DNA of 64,000 bases. It comes from an uncultured Bacteroidia bacterium (lineage in GTDB: Bacteria > Bacteroidota > Bacteroidia > Bacteroidales > CAJPTX01). Location of the stretch: positions 16,302-80,301 of the forward strand of contig CALHSW010000074.1 in the NCBI GenBank assembly GCA_938038735.1, read 5' to 3'. The notes under the pieces are model-generated. The model did no database searches, was not told where the DNA came from, and saw only the letters and a list, made by a program, of their open reading frames with translations. Made by a program: the position numbers and the translations under genes. Positions within the stretch are counted from its first letter, which is position 1, and every line of letters starts with the position of its first letter. Shown here piece by piece: positions 43,331-52,015 of the stretch.

Positions 43331-44752
43331 ATGGAGAGTGCTACGTTTCTACATGTGAAGCAGCTCCATTTGATTTGGGGCGTAGGAGATGGCGGAGCCG
43401 TGGCCTACGCCCCAACGAATGGTTGCATCGTTGAGTTGCAAAAGGGTTTAGCGGAAGCAGTTAGGCTATATCAACAGGAAGGGTGTTTTCATCACGAAGG
43501 CATGAGTTCAGACGATGTGCGTGAAGCGTTGGAAAAATTAGAGGCGCAGCTTTGCTTTGCTTCGCAGAGAATGGAAGAGACGGGGCATTGCGATGCTGGT
43601 AAGTCGGTTCTGAACCGTGTTACGTTGCACGTTTCAAACGATTGCAATCTGAATTGCTCGTACTGCTATGCGCTGGGGGGAGACTATGGTCACGAAAGAG
43701 GATTGATGACGAGGCAAACAGCAGTTGATGTCGTTGATTTCCTTTGTCAACAGTTTGATCGGGTTGAGCATGTAGTCTTTTTCGGTGGAGAGCCAATGCT
43801 GAATACACCGGTTATAGAAACGGTATGTGCACAGTTCAAAGAGGCGTACGATCGGGGGCAAATAGAGGCAATTCCTAAATTTGGGATTATAACAAATGGC
43901 ACGATTTTAAACGACAAGGTTGTTTGTTTGATAAGAGACCACATCGATTTTATTACAGTTAGTTTAGATGGACCGAAAGAGATTCACGATTTCAATAGAA
44001 GGAAAAGGGATGGTCAGGGAAGTTATGACGATGTGAATCGTTTTATTCGGCGAATTCAATCTGAAACAGATGTGAAGGTGCGCTTTGAGGGAACGGTCAG
44101 CAAAGAGCATCGGCGAAGGCGGATTAGTGGGCGAGATTTGTATGACTTTGCATATTCCACTTACGGCATTTACGGTTCTGTAGCAACGGATATTCTTGCT
44201 GATGATCGGAGGCATGTGATTCAGGAGGATTCAGAGGATTGGCATACTGAACGTACCATTCTCGGCATACCAGAAAGCCAATTTTACGACACGGGGGTTG
44301 ATCAGCTTCTTCCAGGGCTTGTGCATAATGTGTACCGCGAGATGTGTCCGGTGGGAGAAAACATTGTGTCGATTGACATTCATGGAGACCTGTATGCGTG
44401 TCACATTACTGTAGGTACCAAGAGGTTAAGTTTGGGTTCAATATATGGGGACAATATTTTTACTAGTAGGAATAGGTACGAAGAGCGTTTCCCCTTTTTA
44501 CGTGTGGTCAGAAAGAATCATCAGAAATGTCAGAAATGTTGGATGCGTCGCTTATGTGGAGGCTGTGCCATCCGATGGTTTTTTGATATCTCTGAAATGA
44601 ATTTTCTCGGAGAGCCTAAGCAGGGAATGTGCGAGGCGCAGGGGGAGGAGTTTGAGAAGATTATTGCTGAGCTAGTGAAGGCAAAAAAGGATCCACAAGC
44701 ATGGGATGCTTTGAAAACGTTGCTTCAGACGGTGGGACAGTTGGAGTGCTAG
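43331..44752 (+). CDS. Radical SAM/SPASM-domain peptide-maturase-like enzyme with a ~100-aa N-terminal extension
   Basis: CNLNCSYC (CxxxCxxC) about 100 aa from the N-terminus, FFGGEPML, a C-terminal MCPVGENIVSIDIHGDLYAC (C-x12-G-x4-C) and CQKCWMRRLCGGC auxiliary-cluster cysteines. Confidence 0.85.
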   Translation: MESATFLHVKQLHLIWGVGDGGAVAYAPTNGCIVELQKGLAEAVRLYQQEGCFHHEGMSSDDVREALEKLEAQLCFASQRMEETGHCDAGKSVLNRVTLHVSNDCNLNCSYCYALGGDYGHERGLMTRQTAVDVVDFLCQQFDRVEHVVFFGGEPMLNTPVIETVCAQFKEAYDRGQIEAIPKFGIITNGTILNDKVVCLIRDHIDFITVSLDGPKEIHDFNRRKRDGQGSYDDVNRFIRRIQSETDVKVRFEGTVSKEHRRRRISGRDLYDFAYSTYGIYGSVATDILADDRRHVIQEDSEDWHTERTILGIPESQFYDTGVDQLLPGLVHNVYREMCPVGENIVSIDIHGDLYACHITVGTKRLSLGSIYGDNIFTSRNRYEERFPFLRVVRKNHQKCQKCWMRRLCGGCAIRWFFDISEMNFLGEPKQGMCEAQGEEFEKIIAELVKAKKDPQAWDALKTLLQTVGQLEC

Positions 44753-44756
44753 TTAA

Positions 44757-46490
44757 ATGGTGTCATTAGGGAGACTTCATCGTAGCGTACGGGGGATTCG
44801 TCCCTACCTTTTGCCGTATAGTGGAGAGTGTTTTGTGGGGGTTTTAGGGATGTTGATGAGTGTATTCTTATTGCTGCCCGTGCCGCTTCTTACGAAACAC
44901 CTCGTAGATGATGTTATTCCATTGGGAGACGTGAGCGGGGTGGTCACGATTTGTTTGCTAAGTGGAGCGATTTTGATTGCTTCGAGCATTAGCGGATATT
45001 TTCAGAAATATTATCTTGGGAAGTTTGAACTGGATGTGTTCAAAGACATTCAGCTGTCGTTAGTCCGAAAATTGCGCAGTGTGGATCCTGCGTATAGACA
45101 TACTCAGCAGACGGGATACCTTCTATCACGGGTTACAGATGACACAGGGCGGTTACGATCCCTGTTCACGGATGTCTTAGCGAATTTAGTTAAAGATGTT
45201 CTAATTTTAGTGGTGGGAATCATTCTGCTGTACTATTTGGATTGGCGTTTAGCTTCTATTGCACTTATAACGTTACCATTTTTTATTGCGACTTGGTATT
45301 ATTTCAATTCAAAGATACGGTTGGCAGCCGTTAGATGGTACGAACAGAGTGCACAGTACACAAAAAAGCTTGAGGAGACGATTGGTCTTCTTGATACCGT
45401 AGTTGCGCTTCACGCTTCCGCATTTGACATGAACAAGCTGTGTAAACAGCAGGGGAAGGTGGTAGAGGCAGGAGTTAAAAAGAATGGTGTCGAAGGCATT
45501 GCGAGGGTAGTCATTTCAATAATCGGCGGGCTGTCACCGATTCTTATCATAGGGTTTGGATCTCATTTTATTTTTCAAGGAACGTTTTCATTGGGCGGAC
45601 TAATCGCATTTAATACGCTTACGGGATATGTTTTTGGTCCTTCGTCGCGTATGGTAAATTCTTTGCTCAGTATGCAACAAGGGGTGGCGGCGTGGGAAAG
45701 GGTTGAGGAAATTTTACGCCTTCCGGAGTGCATAAGGATGTCTGATGCAAAGAGTGAGCATTTGGTTGGCTATGAAGGAGCAATTTCCATCGAGTTGCGA
45801 AATGTTACAGTTCGATATGGAGTCAGAGATGCCATAAACGATGTGTCTATTACGGTACCGGATGGCTCTTTCGTGGCTCTTGTGGGAGAAAGTGGAAGTG
45901 GGAAAAGTACTATTATGAGAACTGTTTTGGGGATTCAGGCAGCAACAGCTGGATCTGTTCTGTTTAATGGGTTGCCCATGCATAGAGGAGAGCAGTTATC
46001 TACATTTCGCATTGCGGTATTATCGCAAGAACCGAATTTATTCGCAACTACGATACGCGAGAATATTCTCTTGGGTTTGGACGATTACGACGTAATGGTA
46101 CAGGCAGCTAGAGATGCGCAAATTGCAAGTTTTATTGGTACGTTGCCGAGAGGATACGACACTAGGATTGATGAGAGGGGAATTAATCTTTCTGTAGGGC
46201 AAAAACAGCGCATTGCGTTGGCGAGATGCTTAGTGATGAATCCGAATCTTTTGTTGTTAGATGAGCCAACTTCGAATCTTGACATTGAGTCGGAACGTCA
46301 GTTGTGGGATGCACTTCGTCCTATAATGCGTAAGCGTACCACGATTATGGCAGCGCATCGTCTCCATACTATTAGTGAAGCTGATTGTATATACGTTCTT
46401 TCGAAAGGTAGCGTAGTAGAGCAAGGTACACACTCCGCATTACTCAAATTATGCGGTCAGTATAGTCGGCTTTGGAATATGTACAGGTAA
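44757..46490 (+). CDS. ABC exporter, fused TMD-NBD half transporter (no C39 peptidase domain)
   Basis: Six predicted N-terminal TM helices. Walker A GESGSGKST, signature LSVGQKQRIALARC, Walker B LLLLDEPTSNLD, H-loop AAHRL. Start 4 nt after the rSAM stop. Confidence 0.9.
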   Translation: MVSLGRLHRSVRGIRPYLLPYSGECFVGVLGMLMSVFLLLPVPLLTKHLVDDVIPLGDVSGVVTICLLSGAILIASSISGYFQKYYLGKFELDVFKDIQLSLVRKLRSVDPAYRHTQQTGYLLSRVTDDTGRLRSLFTDVLANLVKDVLILVVGIILLYYLDWRLASIALITLPFFIATWYYFNSKIRLAAVRWYEQSAQYTKKLEETIGLLDTVVALHASAFDMNKLCKQQGKVVEAGVKKNGVEGIARVVISIIGGLSPILIIGFGSHFIFQGTFSLGGLIAFNTLTGYVFGPSSRMVNSLLSMQQGVAAWERVEEILRLPECIRMSDAKSEHLVGYEGAISIELRNVTVRYGVRDAINDVSITVPDGSFVALVGESGSGKSTIMRTVLGIQAATAGSVLFNGLPMHRGEQLSTFRIAVLSQEPNLFATTIRENILLGLDDYDVMVQAARDAQIASFIGTLPRGYDTRIDERGINLSVGQKQRIALARCLVMNPNLLLLDEPTSNLDIESERQLWDALRPIMRKRTTIMAAHRLHTISEADCIYVLSKGSVVEQGTHSALLKLCGQYSRLWNMYR

Positions 46491-46511
46491 CCTAAAACCT
46501 ACGTAAATATT

Positions 46512-48935
46512 ATGTGCAACACATCTAGAGGAAGACACGGGGCGTGGGTGGTGCTTTTAGCGGCACTGCTGCTGTGCGCTCTGCCTATGGGCGCAGCGGC
46601 GCAGCGCAAAGAGAAGAAGGAGCAGGGGCGCGGACACGAGCTGGTGGGGCGTGCCGTGGACTCTACATCAAGGCAGGGGGTTGCCTATGCAACGGTGCAG
46701 CTGGTTACGCCAGAAGGCGAGGTTTTCAGCGGTGCTATCTGCGACTCTGAGGGAAACTTTAAGCTGGTCAAGGTGCCGAGCAAAGCGTTGTCCATCAAGG
46801 TTCAAGCACTTGGTTATAAGCCTAAAACGCTACATCTCGATTTAGAAAGTACAAAAAACAATGATTTTGCGATAGGCGACGTACCGCTTACCATTGACCA
46901 GCTCGCCATTGAGCAGGTGACCGTGAAGGGGGATGCCCCATTCCTGATGCTAAAGCCTAACCGCAAGGTGGTAACGCCGCAGATGGAGGATCTGGCAGCG
47001 GGCGCCGTGATGACCGATTTGCTCAAGCGGATTCCGGATTTTGAGGTGACCTCTCCAATGGACATCACGCTGCGGGGTGCAGCGTTCCGGGTGCTTATTA
47101 ATGGGAAGCCGTCGGGGCTTTCCACTACACAGCTCAACACAATAAATTTGGCCGAGGTGGCCTCCATTGAAATTATCACCACGCCTTCCGTGCGCTATAG
47201 GGCGAGCGATGTGGGCGGGGTGGTGAATATCAAACTAAAACGCTACCAGGTGGGGTTTAACTCCGTGCTGCAAGCTGCGGGCGGTTCGGATAACTGCTAC
47301 AGCCTATCGGCATCGGCCAACGTGGGGCTAAAAAAGGTTAACTTCTTCGGGGCGTTGTTCGGGGGATACGAGGGGGCAAGAAATGCGTTCACCTATAGTT
47401 CTACCGATGCGCATGGCGAGCCCTTGGAGCGTTACCAGCTCAACGACCGAATGAATAATTTACGATTACGGCCTAAGGTTGGCATCGATTACCTCCCCAC
47501 GCAAAAAGACGTGCTGTCAATTTTTTGGGCAATGGACTACTATAACGACAAGTATACGCGGCGCGCGGAGCGAACGTACAAAGCGCAGGCAATCCAGCAT
47601 GGCGGCGGGCTATCGCGAGAGCGGATGATGTCGAATGAGGCTAATGCGCTGTACACGCACACCTTCAACGACGAAGGGCTGGAGCTGTCCGTATCGGCCA
47701 TCGGGACGCTTGACGGTGCGCAGGGCGCGACGGAACGGCATGGGCTGGAGCTCGGCGATCGGGAATGGCGTGTAAAGGACTCCAACCCGAATGATTTTTT
47801 CTTTAGCTTCTCGGCAGATGTGGCGGCGCCACTTCCGCATGCCTTCCAGCTGGATGCAGGGCTTGCGGCGGATGTGGCGGGAAGTTCGGTTGAGGCGGAG
47901 TACAGCACCCGCACCGCTAGTGCTGAAGACTGGACACCCATAGAGGAGGAGCGGCAGCGTAGCAGCTCCCTAACGCAGGTGTATGGTGCCTATGGTGACC
48001 TTTCCTGGGAGGCGAGCGACAAGGTGACTCTAAACGCAGGCGTACGCTACGAGCATTACCGTATGCGCAGCAACGATGAGCGGCAAAGCAACCCGTACGG
48101 CCGTCATGCCAATGATGCTTTCTTTAGCGGGGGCGTGGCGTATACCCCCATCAAAGCACTACATTTTTCTTTGAGCTATAGCGGGAGGGTGGATCGGCCC
48201 GGGGCATCAATGCTCACATCGGCAAAACGCATGGCAGATTTTTACAATGAGTTTTCTATTGGCAACCAGAGGTTGATGTCGGCCTACTCGCATGGGGTGG
48301 AGCTCAGCATGGCGCAGCGGATGGAGAGTTGTTCGTTCTACGAGGATGCAAAGTGGACGTATATAGCGAACCCTATAGAGTCGTACTCGAGCAAACTAAC
48401 CGATTCTACGTGGCTAAAGAGCTACGTAAATCTAAAGCAGGAACGAAACCTATACGTTGGCGTGGGGGGAAATTGGGATGCCGCATCGTGGTGCAGCGTG
48501 TGGTTTAATGCGAGGGGGCAGGGGGTGAAGAGTCAAGACAAAGGGGGCGATTGGCTGGTTAATGATGAGTGGAGTTTTGGCGTGCGGATGGGCGCGGACT
48601 TCCCCATCAATAGCATGTGGGCACTCACCGCATGGGGTGGCTACAGCAGCGCGAGGCGCAACGCGTACCGTCACTACAAGGCGCAGCCCGCATTGAATGC
48701 GGGTGTGTACTTCTACCCGCTTAGGAATAGGAGTTTCGTCCTCGTTCTGCAGGGCATAAACCTTTTGACTACCGGTATGAACTACACGACGCATTCGGAT
48801 GGGGTGACGGCGAATTGGGATTTTGATTGGCAAACCCGGGCGGTATACCTGAACGTGTATTGGCGTTTCGGCGGTGCGTACCGTTCCAAGACCGGCGAGC
48901 GGTTCAATTCGGATATTAACGCGGTTGGGAGGTAG
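46512..48935 (+). CDS. TonB-dependent receptor-like outer-membrane beta-barrel protein with an N-terminal carboxypeptidase-regulatory-like domain
   Basis: Signal peptide ...LPMGAAA|Q, CarbopepD_reg-like GRAVDSTSRQGVAYATVQLV..EG..FSGAICDSEGNFKL, a plug-like region (VTVKGDAPF..), then a long beta-barrel region. Confidence 0.8.
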   Translation: MCNTSRGRHGAWVVLLAALLLCALPMGAAAQRKEKKEQGRGHELVGRAVDSTSRQGVAYATVQLVTPEGEVFSGAICDSEGNFKLVKVPSKALSIKVQALGYKPKTLHLDLESTKNNDFAIGDVPLTIDQLAIEQVTVKGDAPFLMLKPNRKVVTPQMEDLAAGAVMTDLLKRIPDFEVTSPMDITLRGAAFRVLINGKPSGLSTTQLNTINLAEVASIEIITTPSVRYRASDVGGVVNIKLKRYQVGFNSVLQAAGGSDNCYSLSASANVGLKKVNFFGALFGGYEGARNAFTYSSTDAHGEPLERYQLNDRMNNLRLRPKVGIDYLPTQKDVLSIFWAMDYYNDKYTRRAERTYKAQAIQHGGGLSRERMMSNEANALYTHTFNDEGLELSVSAIGTLDGAQGATERHGLELGDREWRVKDSNPNDFFFSFSADVAAPLPHAFQLDAGLAADVAGSSVEAEYSTRTASAEDWTPIEEERQRSSSLTQVYGAYGDLSWEASDKVTLNAGVRYEHYRMRSNDERQSNPYGRHANDAFFSGGVAYTPIKALHFSLSYSGRVDRPGASMLTSAKRMADFYNEFSIGNQRLMSAYSHGVELSMAQRMESCSFYEDAKWTYIANPIESYSSKLTDSTWLKSYVNLKQERNLYVGVGGNWDAASWCSVWFNARGQGVKSQDKGGDWLVNDEWSFGVRMGADFPINSMWALTAWGGYSSARRNAYRHYKAQPALNAGVYFYPLRNRSFVLVLQGINLLTTGMNYTTHSDGVTANWDFDWQTRAVYLNVYWRFGGAYRSKTGERFNSDINAVGR

Positions 48936-49090
48936 AGGGCTGCACGCTGCGGTTGCGGCAGCATGGAGTGAAAAGAGGACGGAGGGTGGAAGAAGCGGCT
49001 CCTGCACCCCCGCCAAAGGTCTCTAGAAGGCTGCCAATTTTGGCCTGTGCAGAGGCTCTTGCTATGACAAAATGTCGGCTGCTTTGTTGC

Positions 49091-49105
49091 TGGCACTCCA
49101 ATTGC
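49091..49105 (+). promoter_or_regulatory. Candidate sigma-54 promoter TGGCAC-N5-TTGC upstream of htpG
   Basis: TGGCACTCCAATTGC is an exact match to the -24 GG / -12 GC consensus spacing. It is intergenic, correctly oriented, and its 3' end lies 75 nt before the htpG ATG. No TAnnTTTG box is nearby. Confidence 0.5.
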
Positions 49106-49180
49106 CTCCGCATTGGAGGAGCGTGAGCGCGGGAAATGCGCCGTGCGAGAGTGTAGAATTTAAGGTATAGCGGGAGAGTT

Positions 49181-51244
49181 ATGGCAAAGAGTGGTAAGAT
49201 AGGGGTAGCAACAGAGAATATATTCCCTATAATCAAGAAGTTCCTGTATAGCGACCATGAGATTTTTTTACGGGAGATAGTGGCGAACGCGGTGGACGCA
49301 ACGCAGAAGCTGCGTACCCTGTCGCGGGCTGGCGATTTTACGGGGGAGCTAGGCGATGAGACGATTGAGGTGCGCCTAGACAAGGAGGCGAAGACGTTGA
49401 CCATCAGCGATAAGGGGGTAGGGATGACGGCGGACGAGGTGGAGAAGTACATCAACCAGATTGCGCTGTCGGGGGCAACGTCCTTCCTAGACAAGTATAA
49501 GGATGCTGGAGCAATCATAGGCCATTTCGGGCTTGGGTTCTACTCGGCGTTCATGGTGAGCGATGAGGTGGAAATTGATACGCTGTCGTGGCAGGAGGGT
49601 GCGAAACCGGTGCGCTGGAGTTGCAAGGGCGATCCGGAGTACACCGTTTCGGAGGGAAGCCGCGCAGCGCGGGGGACAGATATTATTCTCCATATTAGCG
49701 AGGAGAATGCGGAGTTTCTAGAGAAGCAGCGCGTGCAGGAGTTGCTGCAGAAGTATTGCCGATTCATGGCGGTGCCCATCGCCTTTGGCAAGAAAACCAC
49801 GTGGAAGGACGGCAAGGAGGAAGAGACCGATGAGCTAAACATCATAAACGATGCGGAGCCGATATGGACCCGAAAGCCAGCAGACTTGACAGATGAGGAT
49901 TACGACAAGTTCTACCGTGCGCTCTACCCAATGGCAGAGGATCCGCTGTTCCATATCCATCTGAATGTGGATTACCCATTTAACCTCACAGGGGTACTCT
50001 ACTTCCCGCGTCTGAAGTCGAATTTTGACATCCAGCGCAACAAAATACAGCTGTACTGCAACCAGGTATTTGTTACCGACTCGGTGGAGGGCATTGTGCC
50101 TGAGTACCTAACGCTGCTGCACGGCGTGATAGATTCGCCCGACATCCCACTGAACGTGTCGCGAAGCTACCTGCAGAGCGACCAGAACGTGAAGAAAATT
50201 GCGGGGTACATCACCAAGAAGGTGGCGGATCGCCTCGCGGAGCTCTTCAAGGAGGACAGGGCGCAGTACGAGTCGAAGTGGGACGACCTAAAGCTTTTCA
50301 TCACCTATGGGATGGTGACAGACGAGAAGTTCTACGAGCGTTCGTCAGAGTTCATGCTCTTTAAGAACATTGACGGCAAGTACTTTACGCAGAGTGAGTA
50401 CCGAGAGCTGGTGGCACCGAACCAAACGGATAAGTCGGAAGACGTGATTTACCTCTACGCCACCGACCGTGAGGGGCAGTGGAGCTACATAGAGGCGGCG
50501 AAGGCTAAGGGGTACGATGTGCTGCTGATGGATGGGCAACTCGACGCGCATTTAGTAAACCATCTAGAGCAGAAGCTAGAGAAGACCCGCTTCATGCGGG
50601 TGGATGCGAACACCGTTGATAAGCTGATTGACAAGGGGGGTGCGGCAGCGGTAAGCCTGAGCGAGGAGGCGCAGGGCGTGCTGCGGGAGGTGATGGAAGG
50701 CGTGGCGCGTGGCGAGGAGCACATTACGGTGCGCTTTGAAGAGCTGGGCGAGGGGGAGCTGCCGGCCGTAGTGACGCAAAACGAGTTCATGCGCCGTATG
50801 TACGATATGCAGGCGATGAGCCCCACGAACCCGCTATTCGGCTCTATGCCGCAGGGTCTTGATTTGGTGCTGAATAGCTCGCACCCGCTGGTGAAGAAGA
50901 TGTGGCAGGAGGCGGAGGCGGCGCTACGCGAGGATATCAAGACGAGCGAGGCCGCGCTCACGCCGCTTGAGGAGGAGCTAAAGGCCATTAACGAACGCAC
51001 GAAGGGGGTGGAGTACGATAAGGTACCCGAAGAGGACAAGAAGCGGCGCGAGGCGCTGTACGCAGAGATAGATAAGGCGAAGGAGGCGCGGCGCAGCAAG
51101 TTCTCGGAGTATGGGAAGAGCAATGAGCTAGCGGGGCAGATCTACGATTTAGCCTTGCTCTCGAACAATCAGCTGAAGGGCGAGGCGTTACAGCGTTTCG
51201 TAAAGCGGAGCGTGGAGATTGTGGAAAAGGCGCAGCAGAAGTAG
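49181..51244 (+). CDS. htpG: Molecular chaperone HtpG (Hsp90)
   Basis: FLRELVANAVDA (here FLREIVANAVDATQKL), GHFGLGFYSAFMV, IPLNVSRSYLQ, 687 aa. Confidence 0.95.
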   Translation: MAKSGKIGVATENIFPIIKKFLYSDHEIFLREIVANAVDATQKLRTLSRAGDFTGELGDETIEVRLDKEAKTLTISDKGVGMTADEVEKYINQIALSGATSFLDKYKDAGAIIGHFGLGFYSAFMVSDEVEIDTLSWQEGAKPVRWSCKGDPEYTVSEGSRAARGTDIILHISEENAEFLEKQRVQELLQKYCRFMAVPIAFGKKTTWKDGKEEETDELNIINDAEPIWTRKPADLTDEDYDKFYRALYPMAEDPLFHIHLNVDYPFNLTGVLYFPRLKSNFDIQRNKIQLYCNQVFVTDSVEGIVPEYLTLLHGVIDSPDIPLNVSRSYLQSDQNVKKIAGYITKKVADRLAELFKEDRAQYESKWDDLKLFITYGMVTDEKFYERSSEFMLFKNIDGKYFTQSEYRELVAPNQTDKSEDVIYLYATDREGQWSYIEAAKAKGYDVLLMDGQLDAHLVNHLEQKLEKTRFMRVDANTVDKLIDKGGAAAVSLSEEAQGVLREVMEGVARGEEHITVRFEELGEGELPAVVTQNEFMRRMYDMQAMSPTNPLFGSMPQGLDLVLNSSHPLVKKMWQEAEAALREDIKTSEAALTPLEEELKAINERTKGVEYDKVPEEDKKRREALYAEIDKAKEARRSKFSEYGKSNELAGQIYDLALLSNNQLKGEALQRFVKRSVEIVEKAQQK

Positions 51245-51258
51245 GAGAAATGAGGATA

Positions 51259-51299
51259 GTACATGGCGTGCGTGCCGTAAAGCACCCCACGCCGTGTAC
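51259..51299 (+). terminator. Terminator-like hairpin after htpG
   Basis: GTACATGGCGTG / CACGCCGTGTAC 12-bp stem (one G-U pair) followed by a T-rich stretch. Confidence 0.5.
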
Positions 51300-51511
51300 T
51301 ATAATTTTCACTATAGCTAATTCTTTGTTTGTTAGTAGTTTACAGTTCCTTTTTTAGCTTTGCTGGGTGTAAAAAGCGGCGGGAAAGTTGGTGATTGGAA
51401 ATAAAGTAGTAACTTTGCGCCTCGCATAGGGGAGTGAAAGATTGGGGGGTGAGGGCGGCGGATTGCCTGTGCAAAAGGAAGAAACGGAATTTAGGAAAGC
51501 GGGACAGAGCG

Positions 51512-52006
51512 ATGGCATCGAAGATAGGAAACGATTTGATAGAGATAGCGGAGCAGGCGTTTGCTAATGTGGCGCGTGAGGCGCAGATGGCGAGCGATGC
51601 GGCTGCGGCAGCGCAGGGCGATGAGAAGGCGCAGGAGATAGTAGAGGACGAGAAGGCGCCGATGCCAGAGTTCGGTAGCGGTGACACGATCACGGTGCAT
51701 TACCGTATACGTGAGGGGCAGAAGGAGCGTATCCAGCAGTTCCGTGGCGTTGTGATACAGATTCGCGGACATCGTGACAACAAGATGTTTACCGTGCGCA
51801 AGATTTCGGGCGGAATAGGCGTTGAGCGTATATTCCCAATGAATTCGCCGTACGTGGCGAAGGTGGAGGTGAACAAGTACGGCAAGGTGCGCCGTGCGCG
51901 TATCTATTACCTGCGCAAGCTGACGGGCAAGCGTGCGAACATAAAGGAAGACTTTATGCGCAAGGCACGCATGGTGGCGCAGCAGCACGAGGAGGCGGCG
52001 AAGTAG
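51512..52006 (+). CDS. rplS: 50S ribosomal protein L19 with an internal Ala/Glu-rich insertion
   Basis: [10 protein letters not shown] ... [31 protein letters not shown]...[21 protein letters not shown]....[18 protein letters not shown]. About 35 extra residues lie between the N-terminal helix and the GDT motif. Confidence 0.85.
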   Translation: MASKIGNDLIEIAEQAFANVAREAQMASDAAAAAQGDEKAQEIVEDEKAPMPEFGSGDTITVHYRIREGQKERIQQFRGVVIQIRGHRDNKMFTVRKISGGIGVERIFPMNSPYVAKVEVNKYGKVRRARIYYLRKLTGKRANIKEDFMRKARMVAQQHEEAAK

Positions 52007-52015
52007 TGGGGGCAA

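Noticed and set aside
43331-44752. The rSAM/SPASM enzyme could be an anaerobic sulfatase-maturating enzyme (common in Bacteroidales) rather than a peptide maturase.
   Set aside because: No sulfatase gene is adjacent. The enzyme has a ~100-aa N-terminal extension that is atypical for anSMEs. It is sandwiched 21 nt after a Cys-rich small ORF and 4 nt before an ABC exporter. This is not formally excluded without an HMM search.
48450-49518. Long antisense ORFs (48450-49016, 48916-49518). Similar ones occur at 7213-7761, 12914-13615, 21603-22256, 50485-51123, 53825-54442 and 63157-63657.
   Set aside because: Each lies opposite a confidently identified gene with strong family motifs. Their translations are low-complexity (Ser/Pro/Arg/Ala-rich), which is typical of antisense frames in GC-rich coding DNA.
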